Part shown: piece after piece, positions 56,153 through 64,000 of the stretch
Position numbering within the stretch: position 1 is the first letter of the stretch
How the letters are laid out: every line of letters begins with the position of its first letter
Source of the DNA: an uncultured virus (IMG/VR IMGVR_UViG_3300027791_000011)
Taxonomy: Duplodnaviria; Heunggongvirae; Uroviricota; Caudoviricetes
Virus record (IMG/VR): IMGVR_UViG_3300027791_000011
DNA length: 64,000 bases
Reading direction: 5' to 3' (one strand)
Made by a program: the position numbers and the translations under genes
Notes under the pieces: model-generated
Seen by the model: the letters and a program-made list of their open reading frames with translations, nothing else
Databases searched by the model: none
What the model was told of the DNA's origin: nothing

Positions 56153-56695
56153 ATGAATATAGAAATAAACACAGATTTTCTTACAGCATATGGAATTAGC
56201 GCAGATGATTATTTGTACCTCTATATTGTACAAAGAAACGGACACAAATACTTGCAAACCCTTACTTTAAACCCTGATATAGACTCGATGATAAACAAAG
56301 GTTATCTTAGGCTTAGTGAAGATAAACATTTAATTACAGAAGCTTTCAAATTGTTAGTTACTAGTAATTATGATGATATGTTCGCTGAGCTTATAGATGC
56401 CTATCCTATGAAGGTACAATCACCTGGTAGAGGTGTAAGGATACTCCACGCTAAAGATCCTAAAGCACGAGCTAATGAAAAAGCTAAGAAAAGATATAAA
56501 CAAATAGTCAAAGCCAACAAGAATACGCATGATCATATTATAAAGTGTCTTAATATACAGTTAGATGTAGATAAAGACAATTTAGGATATTTGCAAAATC
56601 TTGAAACTTGGTTAAATAATCACACTTGGGAAAAATACGAAGATATAAATGAAAACAAATCAGAAGACTCCCAAAGAATTACAAGACAACTCTGA
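56153..56695 (+). CDS. Putative replication initiator / helicase loader
   Basis: FAELIDAYP...LETWLNNHTWE resembles phage replisome-organizer C-termini; directly before dnaB. Start reassigned to MNIEIN. Confidence 0.55.
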   Translation: MNIEINTDFLTAYGISADDYLYLYIVQRNGHKYLQTLTLNPDIDSMINKGYLRLSEDKHLITEAFKLLVTSNYDDMFAELIDAYPMKVQSPGRGVRILHAKDPKARANEKAKKRYKQIVKANKNTHDHIIKCLNIQLDVDKDNLGYLQNLETWLNNHTWEKYEDINENKSEDSQRITRQL

Positions 56696-57611
56696 TGTAT
56701 TCAGCAAAAGAGGATTTCAAACTATAGATAAGGCTGTAAGACAGTCTATAAAGATAGTAAAAGATGCTAAACGTGGTATACGTAGTGTATACCCGACTGC
56801 TTGGCCGCGTCTAAATAGAAATCTTCTTGGCGGATTACAGAAAGGGAAAATGTATGTAATTGCTGGCCGACCTGGCGTAGGTAAGTCAGCCTTTAGTAAT
56901 CAATTAATATTTGATGTGCTTGATACTAATCAACATAAAAATGTTATTGTATTATACTGGAGCTTTGAAATGCCAGGCTATCAACAAATTATGAGAACTG
57001 TGTCTAACAAAGTAAATAAAAACGTAGCAGATTTATTATCTGTAGACGACACTTTAGATGACACTAGTTTACAAAATTATGTAGATAAAGCAGAGGTATA
57101 CAGTAAGTACCCTATATACTTTCATAATGTTCCAAAAGATATGGAATTTATTAAGAAAGTAAATATAGATGTATTTAATGATTACCCTGATGCAACAGTA
57201 ATAAATTTATATGACCATTCTAGATTAATAGCCGGTGAATCTGATTCAGAACTGCAACGTTTAAATAATGTTTCTAAAACAGCTATGTGGTTACAATCTA
57301 AAATGGGGGTAATAAATATATTATTGTCACAATTAAATAGAAACATAGAACAAGAGTATAGAGCTAAAAATCAATACCAACCAATGTTAACAGATTTGTT
57401 TGGTGGTGATAGTATAGGTCAAGATGCTCATGTTGTTATGATTCTTAACAGGCCTTATGATTTATATGGTATAACAGAATCTTATTGTGATGAAGCACCA
57501 CAAGGATTATTAGCCTGTCATGTAGAAAAGAATAGAGATGGTATGCTTGGTATGATTCCATACGAAGCAGACTTATCAACATTCACAATTTATGAACGTA
57601 AAAAATTATAA
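56649..57611 (+). CDS. dnaB: DnaB-like replicative helicase (RecA domain only)
   Basis: AGRPGVGKS, SFEM, LSQLNR, SIGQDAH and KNRDG motifs. Confidence 0.9.
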   Translation: MKTNQKTPKELQDNSDVFSKRGFQTIDKAVRQSIKIVKDAKRGIRSVYPTAWPRLNRNLLGGLQKGKMYVIAGRPGVGKSAFSNQLIFDVLDTNQHKNVIVLYWSFEMPGYQQIMRTVSNKVNKNVADLLSVDDTLDDTSLQNYVDKAEVYSKYPIYFHNVPKDMEFIKKVNIDVFNDYPDATVINLYDHSRLIAGESDSELQRLNNVSKTAMWLQSKMGVINILLSQLNRNIEQEYRAKNQYQPMLTDLFGGDSIGQDAHVVMILNRPYDLYGITESYCDEAPQGLLACHVEKNRDGMLGMIPYEADLSTFTIYERKKL

Positions 57612-57613
57612 TT

Positions 57614-57841
57614 ATGGAAATTGTAGCAATTATACTTGCACTAGGCGCATCGTTTGCGCTAGGCATGTATGTAATAACACAAATAGAGAAAGATATAGAT
57701 AAGAGAACAGGATCTGACTATGATGTTGAACCTGAATTTGCTAAAAGGAAAGGTTTTAAGTGTACTCAAAACGAAAAATTAATTAATAACATGAATAAAA
57801 TTAAAACTAATGGAACTACCGACAACGAAGGTAAAGGCTAG
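57614..57841 (+). CDS. Small N-terminally membrane-anchored protein
   Basis: Hydrophobic N-terminal helix. Confidence 0.5.
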   Translation: MEIVAIILALGASFALGMYVITQIEKDIDKRTGSDYDVEPEFAKRKGFKCTQNEKLINNMNKIKTNGTTDNEGKG

Positions 57842-58508
57842 CCGCAAATCGCCTAAAAGAATGGTTATTTATGGTCCTCCAAAAATTGGAAAGACTACAG
57901 TATTAAGCCAATTAGATAATTGCCTTATTATTGATCTAGAAGATGGTTCAGATATGATTGATGCTTTAAAGATTAAAGCAAACAATTTTAAAGAATTGTC
58001 TGAAATTGGACAACAGATAATAAAAAATGATAAGCCATATAAATACATAGCTATTGACACAATAACCAAACTAGAAGAATGGTGTGAGCTTGAAGGTAAG
58101 AAGATATACCAATCAGTTCCTCAAGGTAAAAACTTTGATAAGAAAAACGAAGGGTTGTCTGTACTATCATTACCAAATGGTGGTGGGTATTTATATCTAA
58201 GAATGGCATATAAAAAATGGATTGAAAAGTTAAATAAACTAGCAGATCATATTATACTAGTAGGACATTTGAAAGATAAAATGATTGAAAAGAAGGGCAA
58301 AGAGGTAAGCTCTAAAGATCTTGATTTAACTGGTAAGATAAAACAAATTACATGTACAAATGCTGATGCTATTGGCTATATTTACAGAGAAAATGGAGAA
58401 ACTATGATTTCATTTAATGCTGGAGATGATATAGCAGCAGGTAGTAGATGTGATCACTTAAAAGGGCAAGAGATGCCACTAGACTGGAATAAAATATATA
58501 TAGACTAA
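57810..58508 (+). CDS. Sak4-like / AAA_24 ATPase (ssDNA annealing)
   Basis: YGPPKIGKTT, IDLEDG, IAIDTIT and ILVGH motifs. Confidence 0.85.
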   Translation: MELPTTKVKASRKSPKRMVIYGPPKIGKTTVLSQLDNCLIIDLEDGSDMIDALKIKANNFKELSEIGQQIIKNDKPYKYIAIDTITKLEEWCELEGKKIYQSVPQGKNFDKKNEGLSVLSLPNGGGYLYLRMAYKKWIEKLNKLADHIILVGHLKDKMIEKKGKEVSSKDLDLTGKIKQITCTNADAIGYIYRENGETMISFNAGDDIAAGSRCDHLKGQEMPLDWNKIYID

Positions 58509-58509
58509 A

Positions 58510-58920
58510 ATGAATAGTAACTTAGAAACAAAAAAAATGATTGAAACAAATGTACCAACTGAAGGCACGGTTGTAAAACAAGAAACGCCAACAAGAATGA
58601 CTACTACTATGATCTTAAATGATTTAGAGAATGGAATTGGTAGAGATGGAATTAAAGAGAAGTATAATCTAGAAGCATGGATGGTTGTAGAATTATTTAA
58701 ACATCCTACATTAAAAGGTAAGAAAGTTAAGAAAAAAAGAGCTCTTCCTTTTGAGTTTATAGATGATACAGTAGAAGCAATAGATCCTAATCAAACTACT
58801 ATTGAGCAAATTATCGAAGAGGAAGAATTGGAAACTCCAACTGTTGAAGATACTATGAAACTAGTAGAAGATCAACAAGCTGAAGAGTTTGGATCAGATT
58901 ATGATGAAGACGAATTTTAA
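58510..58920 (+). CDS. Hypothetical protein with acidic C-terminus
   Basis: ORF track; possible HTH followed by a Glu/Asp-rich tail. Confidence 0.55.
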   Translation: MNSNLETKKMIETNVPTEGTVVKQETPTRMTTTMILNDLENGIGRDGIKEKYNLEAWMVVELFKHPTLKGKKVKKKRALPFEFIDDTVEAIDPNQTTIEQIIEEEELETPTVEDTMKLVEDQQAEEFGSDYDEDEF

Positions 58921-58944
58921 ATTAATAAATAAAACTAAATAATT

Positions 58945-59691
58945 ATGGCAATTGAAAGCAATGCAAGTACGGAAGAAGTAATGACTGGAGGTATGACTTT
59001 ATACTCTGGGTTATCAAATTTTACAGTGATAGCTATTAACCCTAATCTAGAAAAATTACATGGGTTAGGAATAATGCTAAAAACAGAACCTGAGTATACA
59101 ATCGACCTTAACGGTGAGGAAAGATTCAAAATTACATTTTGGTTAAAGAATGAAGATACTACTATTAGAATGGAAGTGTTAGCAAGCGACAACTACAGAC
59201 AATCTAAGACTGGTAAATATTTATGGATGAATTCTATTGGGCAAGAAACTTGGTCTGAAGAAGCACCTACATATGAATGGTGGAAATCAGAAGGCCAACG
59301 TAAATCTTATATTGGTGAAGACACTCTTATAAAATTTGTTAAATCATGGGCTAATGTAGCTTCAGGTGGGAAAGTATCCTTTGAAACTATTGAGGATATA
59401 TGTGGTGGTAGTGCTTTAGGTGAACTCCAGGATTTAGCAACAGCTCTTAAACAAAATGAAGTTAGATGTTTAGTTGGTGTTAACAATGGTAAATATCAAA
59501 AAGTTTATACTAGAGTATTTGGTAGAGTAAAACCACAAAGAGATGATTTCTTTGTTAAAGAATTAAATACTGAATATGGTGAGTTTAAGGCTGATTACGA
59601 TATGACTCTTGCTTGGGGACCATTTATTCCAACTATAGAGCCTATTACTGCAGATGTAGAAGCAGTAAGTGAATCAGACGACTGGGTTTAA
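58945..59691 (+). CDS. Putative single-stranded DNA-binding protein
   Basis: Between the Sak4-like gene and primase; VIAINP motif and acidic/aromatic tail ESDDWV. Confidence 0.55.
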   Translation: MAIESNASTEEVMTGGMTLYSGLSNFTVIAINPNLEKLHGLGIMLKTEPEYTIDLNGEERFKITFWLKNEDTTIRMEVLASDNYRQSKTGKYLWMNSIGQETWSEEAPTYEWWKSEGQRKSYIGEDTLIKFVKSWANVASGGKVSFETIEDICGGSALGELQDLATALKQNEVRCLVGVNNGKYQKVYTRVFGRVKPQRDDFFVKELNTEYGEFKADYDMTLAWGPFIPTIEPITADVEAVSESDDWV

Positions 59692-60725
59692 TGCCTATAG
59701 ATAGTAGAAATAGTAAAGACCATTTATCAAAAGATGTCATACTTAGTAGAATTACTGAGTATGACATTTTTAGATATTATTGTCCAAGTTTTAAAGAGCT
59801 TAACAGTAAATTTTGTAGTGAGTTACGTAAAGATCAAACTCCTACTGTTTCTATTATTAAATGGAATAATAAATTGCTCTATAAAGACTTTGGATTTAGT
59901 GAGCACACTTTTGATTGTTTTTCTTATGTTCAATATGTTTATACTCTTACATTTTTTGATTGTCTTAGAATTATAGATAACGATTTTAATTTAAATTTAG
60001 CACATCAACAAGATGTTATAAATTTTACTAAAGGATGTTTAGGATACAGGCATAATAAGGTAATAGAAGACAAAAAAGTTATAATTATTAAAAAGAAAAA
60101 AAGAAATTGGACTCTAGAAGATAAAAACTTTTGGTCTAAGTACTCTATTACTAAAAAAACTTTATGTATATTTGCCGTTGAGCCGCTTGATTACTATTGG
60201 GTTAACTATGATAGATTTAAATGTAACCCAATAACTTATGCTTATAAGATAGGGAATAAATATAAAATATATTCTCCTTACAGTGACGTTAAATGGACAA
60301 GTAATACAACAAAAAAACATGTCCAAGGCTATGAACAGCTCCCAGATGCATGGGGATTATTAATAATAACCTCCTCATTAAAAGACATTATGTGTCTATA
60401 TGAAATGGGATACTATGCTATTGCTCTTCAAAGTGAAATGCAATTACCTAGTGAAAAGTTGATAGAAGAATTAAATGAAAGATTTGAACAAATAATGATT
60501 TTGTATGACAATGATTTAAAAGAACCTAATCCGGGACAAGTAATGTCCTCTAAAATATGTAATACATATGGATTTAAGAATTTATGCATACCAGATGAAT
60601 ATAAATGTAAAGATATTTCAGATTTGATTAAAGAACGTGGTATAGAGATGGCTTCTAACTTAATTAAAATATTAATAAATGAAGAAGTATCCAAAAAGAA
60701 GAACAAAAGTAAAGAATGCAGTTAA
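59691..60725 (+). CDS. DNA primase (TOPRIM)
   Basis: SELRKDQTPT, YKDFG, IITSSLKD, YDND and KDISD motifs. Confidence 0.85.
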   Translation: MPIDSRNSKDHLSKDVILSRITEYDIFRYYCPSFKELNSKFCSELRKDQTPTVSIIKWNNKLLYKDFGFSEHTFDCFSYVQYVYTLTFFDCLRIIDNDFNLNLAHQQDVINFTKGCLGYRHNKVIEDKKVIIIKKKKRNWTLEDKNFWSKYSITKKTLCIFAVEPLDYYWVNYDRFKCNPITYAYKIGNKYKIYSPYSDVKWTSNTTKKHVQGYEQLPDAWGLLIITSSLKDIMCLYEMGYYAIALQSEMQLPSEKLIEELNERFEQIMILYDNDLKEPNPGQVMSSKICNTYGFKNLCIPDEYKCKDISDLIKERGIEMASNLIKILINEEVSKKKNKSKECS

Positions 60726-61113
60726 AAATATATATAAAGGCATTCAATTTCAATCCAAATTAGAATTATCTTGTTATAAAGAACTAGAAGCAAATCAAAT
60801 AGAAGTAGAATATGAGAAACACACATATACAGTATTTGATGGTATAGTTTACCCGCAAGCATGCTACGAAGGAACAGCAAAGAAATTATATAATAAAGGT
60901 AGTAAGATTAGACCAATCACTTATACACCTGACTTTGTAGATCCTAATGGTAAATGGATTATTGAAACAAAAGGCTATGCAAATGAGTCTTTCCCACTAA
61001 GGTGGAAATTATTCAAAAAACACCTTAAAGATAACAACAAACAATATGTGCTTTTTATGCCTCGGAATAAGAAACAGGTAATAGAAGTCGTAGAACTGAT
61101 CAAACAATTATAA
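60679..61113 (+). CDS. PD-(D/E)XK endonuclease
   Basis: FQSKLE, YTPDF and IIETKG motifs. Confidence 0.85.
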   Translation: MKKYPKRRTKVKNAVKNIYKGIQFQSKLELSCYKELEANQIEVEYEKHTYTVFDGIVYPQACYEGTAKKLYNKGSKIRPITYTPDFVDPNGKWIIETKGYANESFPLRWKLFKKHLKDNNKQYVLFMPRNKKQVIEVVELIKQL

Positions 61114-61114
61114 C

Positions 61115-61142
61115 AAAGGGCCCTTAACAGGGCTCTTTTTCA
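61115..61142 (+). terminator. Rho-independent terminator
   Basis: AAAGGGCCCT-TAAC-AGGGCTCTTT-TT. Confidence 0.8.
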
Positions 61143-61164
61143 TTAACCAATTAAAATTAAAATT

Positions 61165-61335
61165 ATGGCAGAAAATGCAAAAGAATTTTTACACTCTGAT
61201 GAAATGAGTGAATGGGATACAGTATTTGACCCAGGAGGTAAACAAGAATACACAGAAGAACAATTAATACGCTTTGCAGAGATATGGGCAGAGTTGAAAG
61301 TTGATCAACTACACCAAATCCATTTGGAGAACTAA
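61165..61335 (+). CDS. 56-aa hypothetical protein
   Basis: Read manually as MAENAKEFL...IHLEN; TTAACCAATT leader and TAATG-coupled to the next gene. Confidence 0.6.
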   Translation: MAENAKEFLHSDEMSEWDTVFDPGGKQEYTEEQLIRFAEIWAELKVDQLHQIHLEN

Positions 61336-61595
61336 TGGGAAGTCTAGTAAGCCCATGCTGTGGGGATGAATACACAGATAATGAAGACGGGCGTAGTTAC
61401 TGCTGCGACGCACCAATAATGAATGGTATATGTCAAAATAAAGACTGTTTAGATCATGCAGAACCTGCAGAAGGATTTGTATGTGAAAAGTGTGAAGAGT
61501 TCTTTGAAGAACCTGAAGTAGATTATGAGTACGCAGCAAAGATGCATGATTCTTATCTAGAAGATCGTATGGACGAAGAAAGATTAGGATTATGA
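61335..61595 (+). CDS. Small Cys-rich, acidic, probable Zn-binding protein
   Basis: SPCCG, SYCCDAP, ICQNKDCLDH and CEKCEE. Confidence 0.65.
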   Translation: MGSLVSPCCGDEYTDNEDGRSYCCDAPIMNGICQNKDCLDHAEPAEGFVCEKCEEFFEEPEVDYEYAAKMHDSYLEDRMDEERLGL

Positions 61596-61990
61596 ACACT
61601 CCAAAATATAAAAAATGGGTTAAAAACCTAAAAGAGGGAGATATTGTTATGTACCTGGATGGTAAATGGAGTGAACCTGTAATGTTTCTTTCGTTTAATG
61701 GAGATAGTTCTTCTTCTGGGTACAGGGCGCAACACGTATACATACCTAGTTGGAATATTGATTCCTGGAATTCTTCAACGAAAGATAATCCACAAGAACA
61801 TGTTGATGAACAATGGAACTCAACACTTACTGAGCTTGAAAAACAAGGACTTAAGTCTAGAAGTTTTACAATATGTTCAGTAAATGCAAGAGCAGAAGAA
61901 CGATATCTGCCATACCCAATAGAATTCTTAACTAAAAATCAACTAAAATTTATAAAAATAATAAACAAATTAAAAGGATATGAGTATTAA
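61592..61990 (+). CDS. Hypothetical protein
   Basis: ORF track; ATGA-coupled. Confidence 0.55.
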   Translation: MNTPKYKKWVKNLKEGDIVMYLDGKWSEPVMFLSFNGDSSSSGYRAQHVYIPSWNIDSWNSSTKDNPQEHVDEQWNSTLTELEKQGLKSRSFTICSVNARAEERYLPYPIEFLTKNQLKFIKIINKLKGYEY

Positions 61991-64000
61991 ATCGATCAAC
62001 AAACCAATGCAAGGAGACGCCGGCATTGCTAAAAAGATTAACAAAGGCGCTGAGAAGATGGTATTTGACATTCTTCAATCTACACAATATTCTATGCCAG
62101 TTCAGTCTACAGTTAGAGAGTTAGTTACAAATGCATGTGACTCTCAACGTGAAAAAGAAATAGCTATAGAAATATTAATGGGTACAAAGAAAGTTGAAGA
62201 CTATTATATTGAAAGGCATGGTGATGCTTATGAAGATAGTAATTTTGATAAAAGTTATTACAATAGAGATCATTTTAATGTACATTCTGAAATAGATTTA
62301 GTATATACTAAAAATGAAGGTGTGGGTTACTGTGATACATTTGCAGTCACTGATTATGGTGTAGGTATTGGAGCAAGACGTTTAGAAGGTATATTGGAAC
62401 TAGGTTATTCTACGAAAAGAAATACTAGTGAAAATTTTGGTGCCTTTGGCCTTGGAGCTAAGGCTGCGCTATCAACCGGCGTAGACTTCTATACTATAGA
62501 GACTGTATATAATGGTATGAGATTTAAATGTAATTGCTTTAACTATAAAACTGATTTTATTATACCTGCATTTAATGTAAAGACAGGTAAAACTAATCCT
62601 TTTGTTACATTTACTGATGGCACTAAAGTATATTATGTACCTACTGAAGCTACTAATCAGACTACGGTATCGTTTGGAGTTAAGAAACACAATCGTAGTA
62701 AGTTTGAAGAGGCTGTAGAAGAACAATTAATGTACTTTGATAATGTTAACTTTAAGGTTCTAGATACAGATGAAGATTCTTATGAGTCAGAAAGGAAAGT
62801 TAGGTTTCAAGCTGAGATATTGTATAATTCTAAGAATCTAATAATATCTGATTCTTACTATTTTAATAAACCACACATTGTGCTTGTTAAAGATGAGAAC
62901 GCTACTACAGGTATTAACTACGGTTATATTGACTTTCGTGAATTAGAAATGGAACAGATGTATGGTTCTATTGCGTTCAAATGTCCTGCTCGTCAAGTTG
63001 TTGTTGATGAACGTGGCGTAGAGACTGTTTTACAAGAAGGTGTAGATGTTACTCCATCTCGTGAGAAAGTTATATGGAATGAGGCTACTAAAAACTACAT
63101 TAAAAGTGTAATTATGGCTGCAGCTCAAGAAGCTAGTGATATTATAGAAGAAGAATTACAAGAAACTGACTTTCTTAAGTGGGTTGATGCTTGTAGATCT
63201 ATTATTACTGGTAACAGTAGTGAGAATAGAATTCTTAATAAACTAGCACGTATAATAGATACTGAGGCAATAAAACCTAAGTTTGGACCTGATCGTAGAA
63301 TTAAATATGGTCCTGCTAATACGCTATTTGAAGGCATGATTCTTATGAAGCCTTACCAAGATAGAGGAGGTGATGGTGTAAAACGTGAAGCAATTAAAGA
63401 CTGGAATGGATTTGATGCTAAACATTTTTATGAGAGAGAAGATAAATGGTCTAAGTATAAGGATATGTATCTTATGGACGATCCAGATAACAACTATAAC
63501 CAACATCATGTTTGTACTTATACTTTAGATGATTTAGACGAAAAATTTAATAGTGCTCTTGTAAAAGCTGCAGGTAATCCTGATGCTATTCAAAAAGTTA
63601 TGAAAGAAAAGAATAGAGTTACATCTAAACGTACTGCTATCCTTAAATTTATTGAAGCATCGGAGTGGTATAAAAACTATGATGATACTGAAATCCCTGA
63701 AGAGTGGTTAACAAGCTATAAGGAAGAGGAGTCTCAAGAAGAAGAAAAAGCGAAGTTTAATAATTTATCAGCTGCAGAACGCCGGGAGATAGAAAAGCGT
63801 ATGGTCGCTTACACTGTTAGATACGATGATAGAAAACAGGATCATTTTACTATGGATAAGATAGAGCCTAAAACTATAGATCTTATGAATAGTAAATATC
63901 GTACTTATTATTGTACTAGAGCAGATGAAGGTAAAATGAAACAAGCTGCTATGCTTCTTAAGAATATTCAACCTAGTCATCGTGAAGTATATCCAGATAC
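61980..64000 (+). CDS. RIIA-like GHKL ATPase (partial, runs off window end)
   Basis: Read manually and not in the track. MSIKSINK...VRELVTNACDS, DYGVGI and STKRNTSENFGAFGLGAK are the N, G1 and G2 boxes of rIIA-like proteins. Confidence 0.8.
   Translation, partial: MSIKSINKPMQGDAGIAKKINKGAEKMVFDILQSTQYSMPVQSTVRELVTNACDSQREKEIAIEILMGTKKVEDYYIERHGDAYEDSNFDKSYYNRDHFNVHSEIDLVYTKNEGVGYCDTFAVTDYGVGIGARRLEGILELGYSTKRNTSENFGAFGLGAKAALSTGVDFYTIETVYNGMRFKCNCFNYKTDFIIPAFNVKTGKTNPFVTFTDGTKVYYVPTEATNQTTVSFGVKKHNRSKFEEAVEEQLMYFDNVNFKVLDTDEDSYESERKVRFQAEILYNSKNLIISDSYYFNKPHIVLVKDENATTGINYGYIDFRELEMEQMYGSIAFKCPARQVVVDERGVETVLQEGVDVTPSREKVIWNEATKNYIKSVIMAAAQEASDIIEEELQETDFLKWVDACRSIITGNSSENRILNKLARIIDTEAIKPKFGPDRRIKYGPANTLFEGMILMKPYQDRGGDGVKREAIKDWNGFDAKHFYEREDKWSKYKDMYLMDDPDNNYNQHHVCTYTLDDLDEKFNSALVKAAGNPDAIQKVMKEKNRVTSKRTAILKFIEASEWYKNYDDTEIPEEWLTSYKEEESQEEEKAKFNNLSAAERREIEKRMVAYTVRYDDRKQDHFTMDKIEPKTIDLMNSKYRTYYCTRADEGKMKQAAMLLKNIQPSHREVYPD

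Noticed and set aside
52053..60174. Intragenic TAnnTTTG matches at 52053 and 60167 as promoters
   Set aside because: They lie inside coding regions without a clear -33 element, and chance matches are expected in AT-rich DNA. Not excluded, but unsupported.
1..64000. Stop-codon reassignment (TAG/TGA), known in some crAss-like phages
   Set aside because: Hallmark genes are full length in the standard code, coding density is high, and TAG/TGA end genes at sensible places (e.g. 33615, 52224, 52617).

Overview
This window is a 64-kb part of an AT-rich dsDNA podophage genome of the crAss-like (Crassvirales) type. The host is very probably a Bacteroidota/Flavobacteriia cell, judging by TAnnTTTG promoters, A-rich SD-less leaders, SprB repeats and a flavobacterial-style secreted protein. 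Positions 1-49040 (minus strand) hold the late/virion arm: GroES, HU/IHF-like proteins, TerL, a SET-domain protein, portal, scaffold-like protein, major capsid, auxiliary capsid and ring proteins, a 2256-aa SprB/PA14 adhesin, tail fibres, a five-gene host-envelope cassette (beta-barrel, cationic Cys peptide, membrane protein, CxxC-less thioredoxin fold, Cys-repeat secreted protein), M15 endolysin, 3TM holin, metallophosphoesterase, muzzle and ejected cargo proteins. Positions 49503-64000 (plus strand) hold the early/replication arm: small genes, PolA, SF2 helicase, initiator-like protein, DnaB, Sak4-like ATPase, SSB-like protein, primase, PD-(D/E)XK nuclease and a partial RIIA-like GHKL ATPase. 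The most notable unexplained signals are a ~250-nt densely base-paired RNA in its own promoter-RNA-gene-terminator unit at the divergence point, further structured RNAs in the early region, the envelope cassette, a spacing-conserved multipartite motif upstream of the portal and capsid operons, and a recurrent K/Y-x-x-GG motif in cargo proteins. All family calls come from motif recognition and gene order, and RNA pairings were found by eye; no searches or folding programs were run.
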